A stretch of DNA of 64,000 nucleotides from an uncultured Gemmatimonadales bacterium (GTDB taxonomy: Bacteria; Gemmatimonadota; Gemmatimonadetes; Gemmatimonadales; GWC2-71-9): contig CAVZZO010000001.1 in assembly GCA_963779755.1 (NCBI GenBank), positions 256,001 to 320,000 on the forward strand, read 5' to 3'. Positions within the stretch are counted from its first letter, which is position 1. The number at the start of each line of letters is the position of its first letter. Position numbers and translations under genes: made by a program. The notes below the pieces were generated by a model. The model was not told the origin of the DNA, did no database searches, and was given only the letters and a program-made list of their open reading frames with translations. Below are positions 27,181-36,543 of this stretch, in pieces.

Positions 27181-28482
27181 GTGGACGCGGACGTGATCGT
27201 CATCGGCGGCGGATTGGCCGGGCTGGCCGCGGCAGCACGGCTCTGCGCCGCCGGGCGCTCGGTCCTCCTGTTCGAGGCCCGGCCCTGGCTGGGCGGCCGG
27301 GTACGCACCCACTGGCCGGAGGACTTTTCGTGGCCGGTGGAGTTGGGCGCCGAATGGATTTCCCAATCGGGCGAGGTCCGGCAACTCCTGCAGGACGACG
27401 CGGCTCCGCTGGAGCAGGCCGACGGCGTGCGCCGGGTACGGCGCGACGGCCAGCTCCGCAACATGGATGAACTACCGGAAGTCACCGGCGGACTGGAGCG
27501 GCGGCTGGCGGAGCTGGGCAACCAGGACCGCTCGCTCACCAGGGCGCTGGAGGAATGTTGCGCCGAGGAGCGGTTTCGGGAGGAACGCGACCTGCTGCTG
27601 GGATACGTCCAGGGTTTTCACGCCGCCGATCCCGCGCAGCTCAGTGTCCGCTGGCTGCTGACCGTCGAGCAGAATCAACCCGCCGATGCCGCGGAATCCC
27701 GCACCGCCGCCGGAACGGAACGGGTGGTCGAGTTGCTGCGGGCGCAGGCGGGTGAACACTGCCGCTGGCATACCGAGAGCATCGTCCGCGAGATCCGCTG
27801 GCAACCAGGCCGGGTGGAGGCCGCCGTCGATCATCAGGGTACCGAGCTCAGCTGCCGGGCGCGCGCCGCGGTGATTACCCTGCCGCTTCCGTTGCTCCAG
27901 GCCCACCCGGGCACGCCCGGCGTCGTGCGCTTCCTGCCGGCACTCGACGGGAAGACCGCTGCGCTGGGCGGCCTCGCCATGGGGCCCGCCTGTAAGCTCG
28001 TTCTGCGGTTTCGCGAGCCCTTCTGGGAAGCCGATCCAGCCTTGCGGCGGCTCCTGTTTCTCCACGCCTTCGATGCGCCCTTCCCCACCTGGTGGACGCT
28101 CGCGCCCTCGCGCGTACCCAGGCTCACCGCCTGGGTCGCGGGGCCGCAGGCCGCCGCCCTGGGCAGCCGCGACGGCGAGGCGCTGGTCCAGCCCGCGCTC
28201 GATTCGCTCGCCCACGCGAGCGGTATACCCCGGGGCGAAATCGCCGATCAGCTGGCGGGGTGGCACTATCACGACTGGAACGCCGATCCCTACTCCCGCG
28301 GGGCCTACAGCTATGTGCGGGTGGGAGGCATGGAGGCGCACCGGGAACTGGCGAAGCCGCTGGACCGGACACTCTTCTTTGCCGGCGAGGCGACTTGCGG
28401 CCAGGGCTTCAATGCCACCATGGAGGGAGCGGTGCAATCCGGGCGCCGGGCGGCGGCGGAAATCCTGCAGCTTACGGCGTAA
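27181..28482 (+). CDS. Flavin-containing amine oxidase family protein
   Basis: GGGLAGLAAA, EAR..LGGRV, VELGAEWI, DPYSRGAYS, FFAGEAT, TMEGAVQSGRRAA. Confidence 0.9.
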   Translation: MDADVIVIGGGLAGLAAAARLCAAGRSVLLFEARPWLGGRVRTHWPEDFSWPVELGAEWISQSGEVRQLLQDDAAPLEQADGVRRVRRDGQLRNMDELPEVTGGLERRLAELGNQDRSLTRALEECCAEERFREERDLLLGYVQGFHAADPAQLSVRWLLTVEQNQPADAAESRTAAGTERVVELLRAQAGEHCRWHTESIVREIRWQPGRVEAAVDHQGTELSCRARAAVITLPLPLLQAHPGTPGVVRFLPALDGKTAALGGLAMGPACKLVLRFREPFWEADPALRRLLFLHAFDAPFPTWWTLAPSRVPRLTAWVAGPQAAALGSRDGEALVQPALDSLAHASGIPRGEIADQLAGWHYHDWNADPYSRGAYSYVRVGGMEAHRELAKPLDRTLFFAGEATCGQGFNATMEGAVQSGRRAAAEILQLTA

Positions 28483-28493
28483 CAGCGGAAACA

Positions 28494-28566
28494 TGGCCAG
28501 GGACGGAATCGAACCGCCGACACCGTGATTTTCAGTCACGTGCTCTACCAACTGAGCTACCTGGCC
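28494..28566 (-). tRNA. tRNA-Phe (GAA), CCA not encoded
   Basis: Minus strand GGCCAGGTAGCTCAGTTGGTAGAGCACGTGACTGAAAATCACGGTGTCGGCGGTTCGATTCCGTCCCTGGCCA folds to a cloverleaf with anticodon GAA. Upstream promoter TTGGCG-N18-TATATT (28610-28581). Confidence 0.97.
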
Positions 28567-28669
28567 CCCGAAGGGCCGAGAATATAGTGCCGATACACCG
28601 CCCCCGCCAAGGACCCCTCCGGTGGTGGCGCGCTCCGGGTCCAGTGATCTAAGTAGAAGAGATCGAAAG

Positions 28670-28828
28670 GGTTGGGCTCCCAGACCATACCGGCACACAG
28701 AGCGGCCCCGAAGGGTGTTCTCTCCGGGGCCGGCCCTGCTGTCAACTCCCGGACGACCGGCGTCACAGAGGGTGCGTGGTAGAAAAGCTCTGCGCCGCCA
28801 ACCGGCCAGGCACAGCGGGAGACGAGCC
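28670..28828 (-). ncRNA. ssrS: Probable 6S RNA
   Basis: Minus strand folds by eye into a closing stem (CTCCCG/TGGGAG; GGCGGCGCAGAGC/GCTCTGTGTGCC), 5' bubble TTTTCTACCACG, apical arm CCCTCTGT..CCGGTCGTCCGG..ACAGCAGGG and a 3' bubble hairpin GGCCCCG..CGGGGCC. Layout resembles E. coli 6S. Ends approximate. Confidence 0.7.
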
Positions 28829-28894
28829 TGCACCGCCGCCCTGCACAGGAATGGGAGATACCGGGACCACACTCTGGTATCTGGTCCTGGTGCC

Positions 28895-29869
28895 TCAGGG
28901 AAACTTGGGCTTCTTGATCAGACCCTTGAGCTTGTTCTTGGCACTCTCCTTGGCCGCTTCTTTTTCCTGTTCCACCAGGTCGTTGAAGGCCTGCTTGGCG
29001 GCGTCGCTCATCATCTTGCTGAGGCTGAAGTTCTTGAGCGCGTCGCAGGCCTGCTTCCGCTGTTCTTCGGTCATCTGGGGCTGCTGGTCCTGTCCCTGTG
29101 CCTGCCCGGCGGATGCATGTTGTTCCTGCATCTTCTGCCGGGCGGCCGCGATCGAATCGCTCAGCTCCTTGCTCGCCAGGTACAGCACGAATCCGCGTGC
29201 CACGGAGTCGGGGTCCTGGGCCATGGCCTCCGGCTGGAAGGTGATGCCGGCGGGCGGGTCGAAGGCTGACGCCGGCGGCTCCCCCAGAGAGACGGCGGTA
29301 GCCGTCTGCTCGAAGTCCACGCAGAACAGATTTCCCTGGGCATGCAGCGTCACCGGCGGGGACGACATGTTGCAGACCGACCAGCTGCCGAACCGCATCT
29401 CCTCGCAGCTCTGCCCCGCGTAGGTTCGGGTGCCGACCTTCTCCTCGGCCCCCATGATCCCGGTGCCGAATGCCTGGCCCAGCATGTCGGCCATGTCTTT
29501 CATGTTCTGGTGCAGGCGCTGCTTGTCCGACTTGCTCAGGTCGTCATAGGCCCGGGCCATGTGGGGCAACATGTTGGGCTGCCGGGTGCCGGTTTTCTTG
29601 TCGAGATTGGCGGTGTAGAGGGAGTCGGGCGTGAGCAGCGTCCAGCTGTCGGTGGTGCTGGTCTTGCCGAAGAACTTGCCGGTGATGTGGCTGCGGGTGA
29701 CCGACCGGTTGCCGGCCATGGCCTGTTCGCCGGTGCCGGTCATATCACCCCCGTACTGGTAGGTGACCGACACGGGTTTCAGCTTCCTGGGCGACTGAAA
29801 CGGATTCTGCTGGGCCAGCAGCGGAGTGGTGCTGGCCAGGAGGCACAAGACCGGGACGAGGGCGCGCAT
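28895..29869 (-). CDS. Hypothetical secreted protein
   Basis: Signal peptide [20 protein letters not shown]; high-GC3 codon pattern; beta-rich body ending in FDPPAG and a Lys-rich tail. Confidence 0.7.
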   Translation of the reverse strand: MRALVPVLCLLASTTPLLAQQNPFQSPRKLKPVSVTYQYGGDMTGTGEQAMAGNRSVTRSHITGKFFGKTSTTDSWTLLTPDSLYTANLDKKTGTRQPNMLPHMARAYDDLSKSDKQRLHQNMKDMADMLGQAFGTGIMGAEEKVGTRTYAGQSCEEMRFGSWSVCNMSSPPVTLHAQGNLFCVDFEQTATAVSLGEPPASAFDPPAGITFQPEAMAQDPDSVARGFVLYLASKELSDSIAAARQKMQEQHASAGQAQGQDQQPQMTEEQRKQACDALKNFSLSKMMSDAAKQAFNDLVEQEKEAAKESAKNKLKGLIKKPKFP

Positions 29870-29998
29870 GGAAGGCTCCAGCCAGGGAGGACCCGCGGAG
29901 CGGGCTGGCGACAATCTGCGCTCCCGTACCACGGACGGCAAGATGGGGCCCCGCATGCGCCCTGCCGCGCCGCCGCCTACCCGTCCATATTACCCGGC

Positions 29999-30646
29999 AT
30001 GGTGCCCCCCTCCGCCTTTCCCAATCTGACGGTCATCCCGCATCCGCTCATCCAGCACAAGATGACGCTGCTGCGCGACCATCGCACCGGCACCCGCGAC
30101 TTCAAGCAGCTGGTCACCGAGATCGCCATGCTGATGGCCTACGAGGTGACGCGGGATCTTCCCACCGATCCGCTTGAGGTCGAGACCCCGCTGGAACGAA
30201 CCACCGGCCTGCAGGTCGAAGGCAAGCGCGTGGCTCTGGTCCCCATTCTGCGGGCCGGGCTGGGAATGGTGGACGGGATCGCGCAGCTGATCCCCGCCGC
30301 GCGCGTGGGACATATCGGCCTCTACCGCGACGAGACCACGCTGCGGCCCCACGACTATTATTTCAAGATCCCCGCCGCCGATCAGATCTTCGAATACTTC
30401 GTGCTCGATCCCATGCTTGCCACCGGCGGCTCCGCCATCGCGGCCGCCGATGCCCTGAAAGAGGCCGGCGCGGCCCGGATCCGTTTTCTCTGCCTGGTAA
30501 CGGCTCCCGAAGGCGTGCAGCGCATGCTGGAGCGGCATCCCGATGTGCCCATCTTCGCGGCCGCACTCGACCGGCAACTCAACCAGAACGGCTATATTCT
30601 GCCGGGCCTCGGCGACGCCGGCGACCGCCTCTTCGGTACCGGCTGA
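29999..30646 (+). CDS. upp: Uracil phosphoribosyltransferase
   Basis: [59 protein letters not shown]. Confidence 0.97.
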   Translation: MVPPSAFPNLTVIPHPLIQHKMTLLRDHRTGTRDFKQLVTEIAMLMAYEVTRDLPTDPLEVETPLERTTGLQVEGKRVALVPILRAGLGMVDGIAQLIPAARVGHIGLYRDETTLRPHDYYFKIPAADQIFEYFVLDPMLATGGSAIAAADALKEAGAARIRFLCLVTAPEGVQRMLERHPDVPIFAAALDRQLNQNGYILPGLGDAGDRLFGTG

Positions 30647-30650
30647 CACG

Positions 30651-30706
30651 TGCCCACTCTGCACCCTCTGCCCATTCTGCCCACTCTGCCCACTCTGCCC
30701 ACTCCG
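30651..30706. repeat. 9-mer tandem repeat (TGCCCACTC x6, degenerate)
   Basis: tgcccactc tgcaccctc tgcccattc tgcccactc tgcccactc tgcccactc fills nearly the whole gap after upp. Confidence 0.85.
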
Positions 30707-30708
30707 CC

Positions 30709-32094
30709 ATGACCCGACTCACCTTCTGGGGCGCGGCCGGGATGGTCACCGGCTCGATGCACATGCTCGAGTCCGCCGGCGCGACCATTCTCCTGGATTC
30801 CGGCCTGTTCCAGGGGCACCGGGCTCAGGCCCGATCGCTCAACGCCGATCTCCAGTTCGATCCCCGGCGCGTCGATGCGGTGGTGTTGAGCCATGCACAT
30901 ATCGATCATGCCGGCCGGCTCCCGCTGCTGGTGGCCCGCGGCTTCCACGGCCCCATTTATGCCACGCCGGCCACCCGGGACCTCTGCGCCGTGATGCTGC
31001 CCGATGCCGCCCACATCCAGGAAAGCGACTTCGCCTACCTGCAGAGGCACGGGCGGGCCGGCCCCGAAGCGGAGCCGCTGTACCGGATGGCCGATGCCAT
31101 CGGAGTACAGGACCTCATGGTGGGGCTGCCCTGCCGGCGGGTGCATCACATCCGGAAACATCTCAGCTTCGAGTTCACCGAAGCGGGGCACATTCTCGGA
31201 TCTGCCTCGGTGGATCTCCGCATCAGTGAAGGGCCCAACCACCGGCTGGTGTTCTCCGGCGATATCGGCCGCAAGGGCCTGCCCATTATCCGCGACCCGG
31301 CGCCACCCAGCGGCCCCATCGACACGCTGATCATCGAGTCCACCTACGCCAACCGGCAGCACCAGCCGATCGCCTCCACCGAGAACCAGCTGGGCGAGCT
31401 GGTTCGCCGGGTGGCGGGACGGGGCGGGAAGCTCCTGGTCCCGGCATTCGCGCTGGGACGCACCCAGGAACTGGTCTATGCTCTGCACCACCTCTTCCGT
31501 GCCGGCGCCATCCCCGGAGTCCCCATCTACATCGATACGCCGCTCGGCGTCGATGCCACGCAGGTCTTCCGCATGCACCCCGAGCTGTTCGACCGGCGGG
31601 AGAACCTGATGGACCGGGCGGAGACGCTCTTCGATTTCCCGCTGGTGCACTATGTCCGTTCCGTCGAGGACTCCAAGAAGCTGAATTCGCTGCCGGGGCC
31701 GGCCGTGATCATCGCCGCCAGCGGCATGGTCGAATCCGGCCGCATTCTGCACCACCTGCGGCAGGGCATCGGAGATCATCGCAATCTGATCCTGCTGGTT
31801 GGCTACCAGGCCGAACACACCCTGGGACGCCGCATCCAGGAGGGAGCCACCGAGGTCCGCATCTTCGGCGAGACCCTGCCCCGCCGGGCCGAGGTCGAAA
31901 CTCTGGGCGGCTATTCGGCCCATGCCGACCGCGACGAGCTGCGCGCCTGGATCCGCGAGCTGGGCGGTCCCATCCGCCGGGCCTTTCCGGTTCACGGCGA
32001 GTCGGACGCGCTCGAGGCCATGGCCGCCATGCTGCGCGAGGAAGGCGTACAGGAGGTGGTGGTTCCGAAGCTGGGGCAGAGCTTCGAGCTCTGA
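30709..32094 (+). CDS. Beta-CASP metallo-beta-lactamase family ribonuclease
   Basis: GAAGMVTGS, SHAHIDHAGRLP, AGHILGSA, FSGDIG, ESTY, ASGM..GRILHHL, YSAHAD, VHGE. Confidence 0.92.
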   Translation: MTRLTFWGAAGMVTGSMHMLESAGATILLDSGLFQGHRAQARSLNADLQFDPRRVDAVVLSHAHIDHAGRLPLLVARGFHGPIYATPATRDLCAVMLPDAAHIQESDFAYLQRHGRAGPEAEPLYRMADAIGVQDLMVGLPCRRVHHIRKHLSFEFTEAGHILGSASVDLRISEGPNHRLVFSGDIGRKGLPIIRDPAPPSGPIDTLIIESTYANRQHQPIASTENQLGELVRRVAGRGGKLLVPAFALGRTQELVYALHHLFRAGAIPGVPIYIDTPLGVDATQVFRMHPELFDRRENLMDRAETLFDFPLVHYVRSVEDSKKLNSLPGPAVIIAASGMVESGRILHHLRQGIGDHRNLILLVGYQAEHTLGRRIQEGATEVRIFGETLPRRAEVETLGGYSAHADRDELRAWIRELGGPIRRAFPVHGESDALEAMAAMLREEGVQEVVVPKLGQSFEL

Positions 32095-32138
32095 CCCCGC
32101 TTGTCAGCGGTTCCCGGGAGGCTAGGTTCACTGTCCCG

Positions 32139-32729
32139 ATGCGGTTCTCGATTCGTCGCCTGCTGCTCGCGCTCCTGCTCCTCGGCGCCCTGGCCTATCT
32201 GGTCGCCTTCATTGCCGTGGTGGTGGTGAGCCGGCAGGACCAGCGCCGGCCCGCCGATGCCATCGTGGTCCTCGGTGCCGCCCAGTACAACGGCCACCCC
32301 TCCCCGGTCCTGCGCGCCCGGCTGGACCACGCCCGCCTGCTCTACCGGCAGGGCCTGGCCCCGCTCATTATCGTGACCGGCGGCATCGGCACCGGCGACC
32401 GCGAAAGCGAGGCGACCGTCGGCCGCCGCTATCTGGTGGGCCAGGGCGTCCCCGATTCGGCGATCGCGGTACGCCCCGAAGGGCGTTCCACCGAAGCGTC
32501 CATGCATTCGGTGGCCGCCTATCTTCGCGATCGCGACCTGAGCCCCGTCCTGCTGGTCAGCGATCCCTTCCACATGCTGCGCCTGCGGCTCGAAGCACGT
32601 AGCGAACGCCTCGACGCCTACACCTCTCCCACCCGCACCAGTCCCATTTCCGAAAGCCACCGGCTCGAGCTGGGCTACCTGGCGGCCGAAGCGCTCAAGA
32701 CCCCGGTGGCCTGGATCCGGAGCTGGTAG
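32139..32729 (+). CDS. YdcF/DUF218 family protein
   Basis: N-terminal TM; ADAIVVLGA, RLDHA, VTGG, ESEA, VSDPFHMLR. Confidence 0.85.
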   Translation: MRFSIRRLLLALLLLGALAYLVAFIAVVVVSRQDQRRPADAIVVLGAAQYNGHPSPVLRARLDHARLLYRQGLAPLIIVTGGIGTGDRESEATVGRRYLVGQGVPDSAIAVRPEGRSTEASMHSVAAYLRDRDLSPVLLVSDPFHMLRLRLEARSERLDAYTSPTRTSPISESHRLELGYLAAEALKTPVAWIRSW

Positions 32730-32745
32730 TAACCCGGACCGCCCC

Positions 32746-33282
32746 ATGACTCTCGTCGCTTCCCGGCGCGTCTATACCGGCCGCGTCCTCAATCTGGATC
32801 TCGACACGGTGCGCTTCCCCGACGGCTCCAGCGGAGAGTTGGAGATGATCCGGCATTCCGGCGCGGCCGCCGTGCTGCCGCTGCTCGCCGGCCTCGACAG
32901 CTCGGATCCACCGGTGGTGCTGCTGCGCCAGTTCCGCCACGCGGCCGACGGATACGTCTGGGAGATCCCCGCCGGACGCCTGGAACCCGGGGAAGCGCCC
33001 CAGGCCTGCGCCCGCCGCGAGCTGGAAGAGGAAGCCGGCTTCCAGGCCGCTACGCTCACCCCTCTGACATGGATCTACACCACACCAGGATTCACCGACG
33101 AGCGCATCCACCTCTTCGCCGCCACCGGCCTCTCCCCTACCCCGCATCGGCGCGATCCGGATGAGTTCATGGAGGTTCACACCCTGCCCTGGAGCGAGGT
33201 GCTGGAACTCGCGCGGAAGGGAGAGATCCGGGACGGCAAGACTCTGACTGCCATCCTCTTTGTAGAAAGTTTTATGCGCTAA
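32746..33282 (+). CDS. NUDIX hydrolase (ADP-ribose pyrophosphatase-like)
   Basis: EIPAGRLEPGEAPQACARRELEEEAG Nudix box; TPGFTDE; DGKT. Confidence 0.92.
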   Translation: MTLVASRRVYTGRVLNLDLDTVRFPDGSSGELEMIRHSGAAAVLPLLAGLDSSDPPVVLLRQFRHAADGYVWEIPAGRLEPGEAPQACARRELEEEAGFQAATLTPLTWIYTTPGFTDERIHLFAATGLSPTPHRRDPDEFMEVHTLPWSEVLELARKGEIRDGKTLTAILFVESFMR

Positions 33283-33284
33283 CA

Positions 33285-33314
33285 TTGCACATTTCGGTGA
33301 CTCCGATGTAGCTT
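33285..33314 (+). promoter_or_regulatory. Putative sigma70-type promoter for the ECF sigma gene
   Basis: TTGCAC-N18-TAGCTT. Confidence 0.45.
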
Positions 33315-33406
33315 GTCTATCCCGCGCTGCGGCTCCGCCCGCCCATTCTGGGTCAAGCCGAGGCGCCTGTACAAGGCTCTCACTCGTCTCTGGACGGAGG
33401 TTCGCA

Positions 33407-34030
33407 ATGACCGGCTTTTCGACCCGCCCGGTAATGCGGCGATCCGTCCCCGGGGGCGAGGCAAGGGGTGAGGCGGAGCTCGTGGCCGCGCACCTGGCCG
33501 GCGACCCTGCTGCCTTCCCTGCCCTGGCAACCCGCTATCGCCGCCGCCTGCTTCACTTCGTGCACCGGATGATCCACGACCGCGAACGGGCGGAGGACCT
33601 GGTTCAGGAAGCCCTGGTGCGGATGCACCGGCACCTCCATCGCTTCGACCCCAGCCGCAAATTCACCACCTGGGTCTATACCATCGCCTCGAATCTCGCC
33701 AAGAATGAGCTGCGAAACCGGGCGCGTAATCCGCTGGTCTTCCCCGAGTCGGCCACCGCGGCCGGGGAGACGCCCCGCAGCCTGCAACTGGAGGATCCGT
33801 CGTCCCGACCCGATCGGGTGTATCAGCGTCGCTATCTGCGGGAAGCGGTCGAGCGGTGCATTGCGGGGCTTCCCGAACACCACCGGGAAGTATTCGTCCT
33901 GCGGGAAATGGAGGGACGGAGCTATGAGGACATTGCGGACATCACTGGTTGCCGGCTCGGTACCGTGAAGAGCCGGCTGAACCGCGCGCGTCAGGCGTTC
34001 GCGACGGCGGTGGCGCCGTATCTCGATTGA
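33407..34030 (+). CDS. ECF RNA polymerase sigma factor
   Basis: AEDLVQEAL, FTTWVYTIASNLAKNELR (region 2); SYEDIADITGCRLGTVKSRLNRAR (region 4); GGAGG RBS. Confidence 0.93.
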   Translation: MTGFSTRPVMRRSVPGGEARGEAELVAAHLAGDPAAFPALATRYRRRLLHFVHRMIHDRERAEDLVQEALVRMHRHLHRFDPSRKFTTWVYTIASNLAKNELRNRARNPLVFPESATAAGETPRSLQLEDPSSRPDRVYQRRYLREAVERCIAGLPEHHREVFVLREMEGRSYEDIADITGCRLGTVKSRLNRARQAFATAVAPYLD

Positions 34031-34039
34031 TGCCGGGCG

Positions 34040-34807
34040 TCAGGCCACCTCGGCGACCGCCGCCATCAACCGCTCCAGCGCGCCCGGAAGCAGGGTGTCC
34101 ATCCCAGCCGCGGTGGCCGGATCGAGCCCCCAGCCGAAGCCCTGCACACCCAGGGTGCGGAGGCCGCCGGCCCCGGTAAACGCCCGCAGCTCGAGCACGC
34201 CGCTGATATCGTCCCAGGTCGTGGAGATCTCCCGGCCGGTATCGGCCAGGACCTCGCCCGACATCCGCCGGCCATCCCACAACACCAGGTCCGAATACCC
34301 GCCCGGTACTCCCATGCTGCCCTGCTGCACCAGCCAGCGGGACAGTTCCGGTGCCTGCCGGAAGAAAGGATGCAGCCGCTCGAAGGTGAACCGCGCCGTC
34401 CGGAAGCACTGAAACCGCCGAGGTGACTCGCCAAAGTGACCTTCCAGATACACGCGCAGCGCCGCCAGGGCCAGAATCCATCCGGAGCGCACCCCCTCGA
34501 CTTCATCCTGCCGCTGCGGCTCCACCGGCAAGCCGCCTTGAGCCAGCTGGATCCGGGTCCCCCGCCCCGCCGGGCTCAGGTGCACGTCGATCTCTCCCGG
34601 CTCCGGCGTGCTCACCCCCAGCACCAGCCGGTCGAATGGCGTAGCCTCGATGGTGTGCCAGCCGGGGCCCCCACCCGGGGGATCCATCAGCCATTGCCGC
34701 TGCAGCTCCGGCTCGGTCCAGGCGCGCCAGGCCTGTTCGATCGGAGCACGGGCAGTCACTTCCGCCTGAATGGTGCGCCGGGTCGTGACGTCGAGGCGGC
34801 CCTTCAT
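34040..34807 (-). CDS. SRPBCC domain-containing protein
   Basis: APIEQAWRAWTEPE..QW and GW...L..YLE motifs; second repeat of the fold; ATGA overlap with the HTH gene. Confidence 0.75.
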   Translation of the reverse strand: MKGRLDVTTRRTIQAEVTARAPIEQAWRAWTEPELQRQWLMDPPGGGPGWHTIEATPFDRLVLGVSTPEPGEIDVHLSPAGRGTRIQLAQGGLPVEPQRQDEVEGVRSGWILALAALRVYLEGHFGESPRRFQCFRTARFTFERLHPFFRQAPELSRWLVQQGSMGVPGGYSDLVLWDGRRMSGEVLADTGREISTTWDDISGVLELRAFTGAGGLRTLGVQGFGWGLDPATAAGMDTLLPGALERLMAAVAEVA

Positions 34808-35403
34808 GAGTTGTCTCCTCCGGTAGCGGGGGGCGGTCCGGGATCGGCGGGGTACAACGCCAGGATCAGGTTCCAGCGCTCCAGCACCGGACCGGAACCG
34901 GGGGCGGTCGTATGCTTCCGCACCGCAGCCACAATGGCCGCGCCCAGATCCCGCCGGAAGGCGTCACACGCTGCGGCCCTCGCAAAGGCGAGACGCGAGA
35001 GCTGCACATAGGAGGTGCGGCCCTCGGGCAGGCCGGCCAACTCGGCCTGGGCTCGCAGCATCGCGGAACTGGTCGCGGCGACGGTCGCGGAAGTCTCCCG
35101 GGCCTGCGCACCGGAGAGAGGTCCGAGCAGCGACGGGTGCAGGGCATAGCTCCGGGCGCTGGCCTGATAACGCCGCTCCACCAGGTTCCGTCTGCGCCGG
35201 GTGCCGGCGGGCCGGAGGAAGCCCGCCGCCGCCAACGCGCTCACATGATAGTTCACCTTCTGGCGGGAAAGCCCCAGTTTCCGGCCCAGCTCGCTGGCGG
35301 AGACCGGTTGGCGGGCGAGGCTCAGGATGCGGAGCCGCAGCGGCTGGAGCAGCACTACCGCCCGTCGCAGCTCGACGATGTGTTCCAGAGGAGATATCTC
35401 CAT
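34804..35403 (-). CDS. ArsR-like winged helix-turn-helix regulator
   Basis: LQPLRLRILSLARQPVSASELGRKLGLSRQKVNYHVSAL...ERRYQASA. Confidence 0.85.
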   Translation of the reverse strand: MEISPLEHIVELRRAVVLLQPLRLRILSLARQPVSASELGRKLGLSRQKVNYHVSALAAAGFLRPAGTRRRRNLVERRYQASARSYALHPSLLGPLSGAQARETSATVAATSSAMLRAQAELAGLPEGRTSYVQLSRLAFARAAACDAFRRDLGAAIVAAVRKHTTAPGSGPVLERWNLILALYPADPGPPPATGGDNS

Positions 35404-35441
35404 TGACAGACTATTCTGTCTGGAAAAATAATTCTGTCAAT
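35402..35441. promoter_or_regulatory. Nested inverted repeat / probable autoregulatory operator and promoter
   Basis: ATTGACAGA (35402-35410) ... TCTGTCAAT (35433-35441), inner GACAGA-CTAT-TCTGTC; TTGACA present on both strands. Confidence 0.6.
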
Positions 35442-35490
35442 AGACGACCCCGCGCTTTCACCGCCGTCACCGACACGATAGGTTTGTCGG

Positions 35491-36543
35491 ATGCCCGCCC
35501 ATTCCTTTGATGACCTGCAGCGAGCGCTCAAAACCGGAGCTCTGAAGCCGGTCTACTACTTCCATGGGCCGGAAGAGGTGCTCAAGGGCGAGATGGTCCA
35601 GCAGATTATCGGCATCCTGCTCGACCCCTCACTGCGGGATTTCAATCTCGACCAGCGCTCCGCGGCCGGCATGGATCCCGAAGCGCTGCACTCCCTGCTC
35701 AACACCCTGCCCATGATGGCCGACCGGCGCCTGGTCATCCTGGCCGAGATAGACCAGATTCGCCGCAAGCCGAAAACCCGTGCCGTTCTCGAGCGTTATC
35801 TCCAGCAGCCGGCGCAGCAGACCGTCCTGGTACTGGTCCAGCCGGGGGACGCCAAGCCCGATGCCGACATGGTCCGCTCCGCCTGGGCGGTGGAGTTCGC
35901 CCCGCTCCCGCCGGCGCGCGCGCTCCGCTGGCTGGCGCTGCAGGCGGAGCGGCGGTCGCTCGAACTGGAGCCCGGGGCGGCGGAGCATCTGCTGGACGTC
36001 ACCGGCAACGACCTCGCGGCGCTTACCTCGGAGCTGGACAAGCTGGCCGCGCTCGACCGCAGCGGGCCGCTGACGCTCGAGGACGTCGGCCGTCTGCTCG
36101 GCGTCCGTCATGGCGAGACCCTGCAGGATTGGCGTGACGCCATCTTCGACGGCCGGGCCGCCCAGGCGGCGGCCATGATCGGGGCGCTGCTGCAGCAGTC
36201 CGGCATGAGCGGCGTCAGGATGGTGAGCATGGTCGGAACCACGCTGGTGGGCGTAGGACTGGCGCGCGCGCATTTCGACCGCGGTACCCGGGGCCGGGCG
36301 CTGCAGGCGGCGCTTTTCGCCACCCTGCGCCGGCTGCGGCCGTTCGGCCTGCCCCAATGGGGGCCGGAAACTACCCGCTGGAGCAAATGGGCGGAGAGCT
36401 GGCCCGCCCTCCGGATTGCGCGCGCGGTGAGCGATGCCCTGGCCGCCGACCGCCGGCTCAAGGCCACCAGAATTTCCGACGAGCGCGGAGTACTGACGGA
36501 TCTCGTCTTCCGGTTGAGCGCACGAGTGAAGGAGGCAGCATGA
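35491..36543 (+). CDS. holA: DNA polymerase III delta subunit
   Basis: PVYYFHGPE, DFNLD, LPMMADRRLVI, GNDLAALTSELDKL. Confidence 0.9.
   Translation: MPAHSFDDLQRALKTGALKPVYYFHGPEEVLKGEMVQQIIGILLDPSLRDFNLDQRSAAGMDPEALHSLLNTLPMMADRRLVILAEIDQIRRKPKTRAVLERYLQQPAQQTVLVLVQPGDAKPDADMVRSAWAVEFAPLPPARALRWLALQAERRSLELEPGAAEHLLDVTGNDLAALTSELDKLAALDRSGPLTLEDVGRLLGVRHGETLQDWRDAIFDGRAAQAAAMIGALLQQSGMSGVRMVSMVGTTLVGVGLARAHFDRGTRGRALQAALFATLRRLRPFGLPQWGPETTRWSKWAESWPALRIARAVSDALAADRRLKATRISDERGVLTDLVFRLSARVKEAA

Noticed and set aside
28494..28566. tRNA-Phe as an island integration site
   Set aside because: No integrase, no duplicated tRNA 3' end noticed and no obvious composition shift in flanking genes.
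27061..30706. 9-mer arrays as CRISPR
   Set aside because: No unique spacers, units far too short and no cas genes.
33320..33400. ECF sigma leader as a riboswitch
   Set aside because: No recognisable aptamer consensus or terminator.
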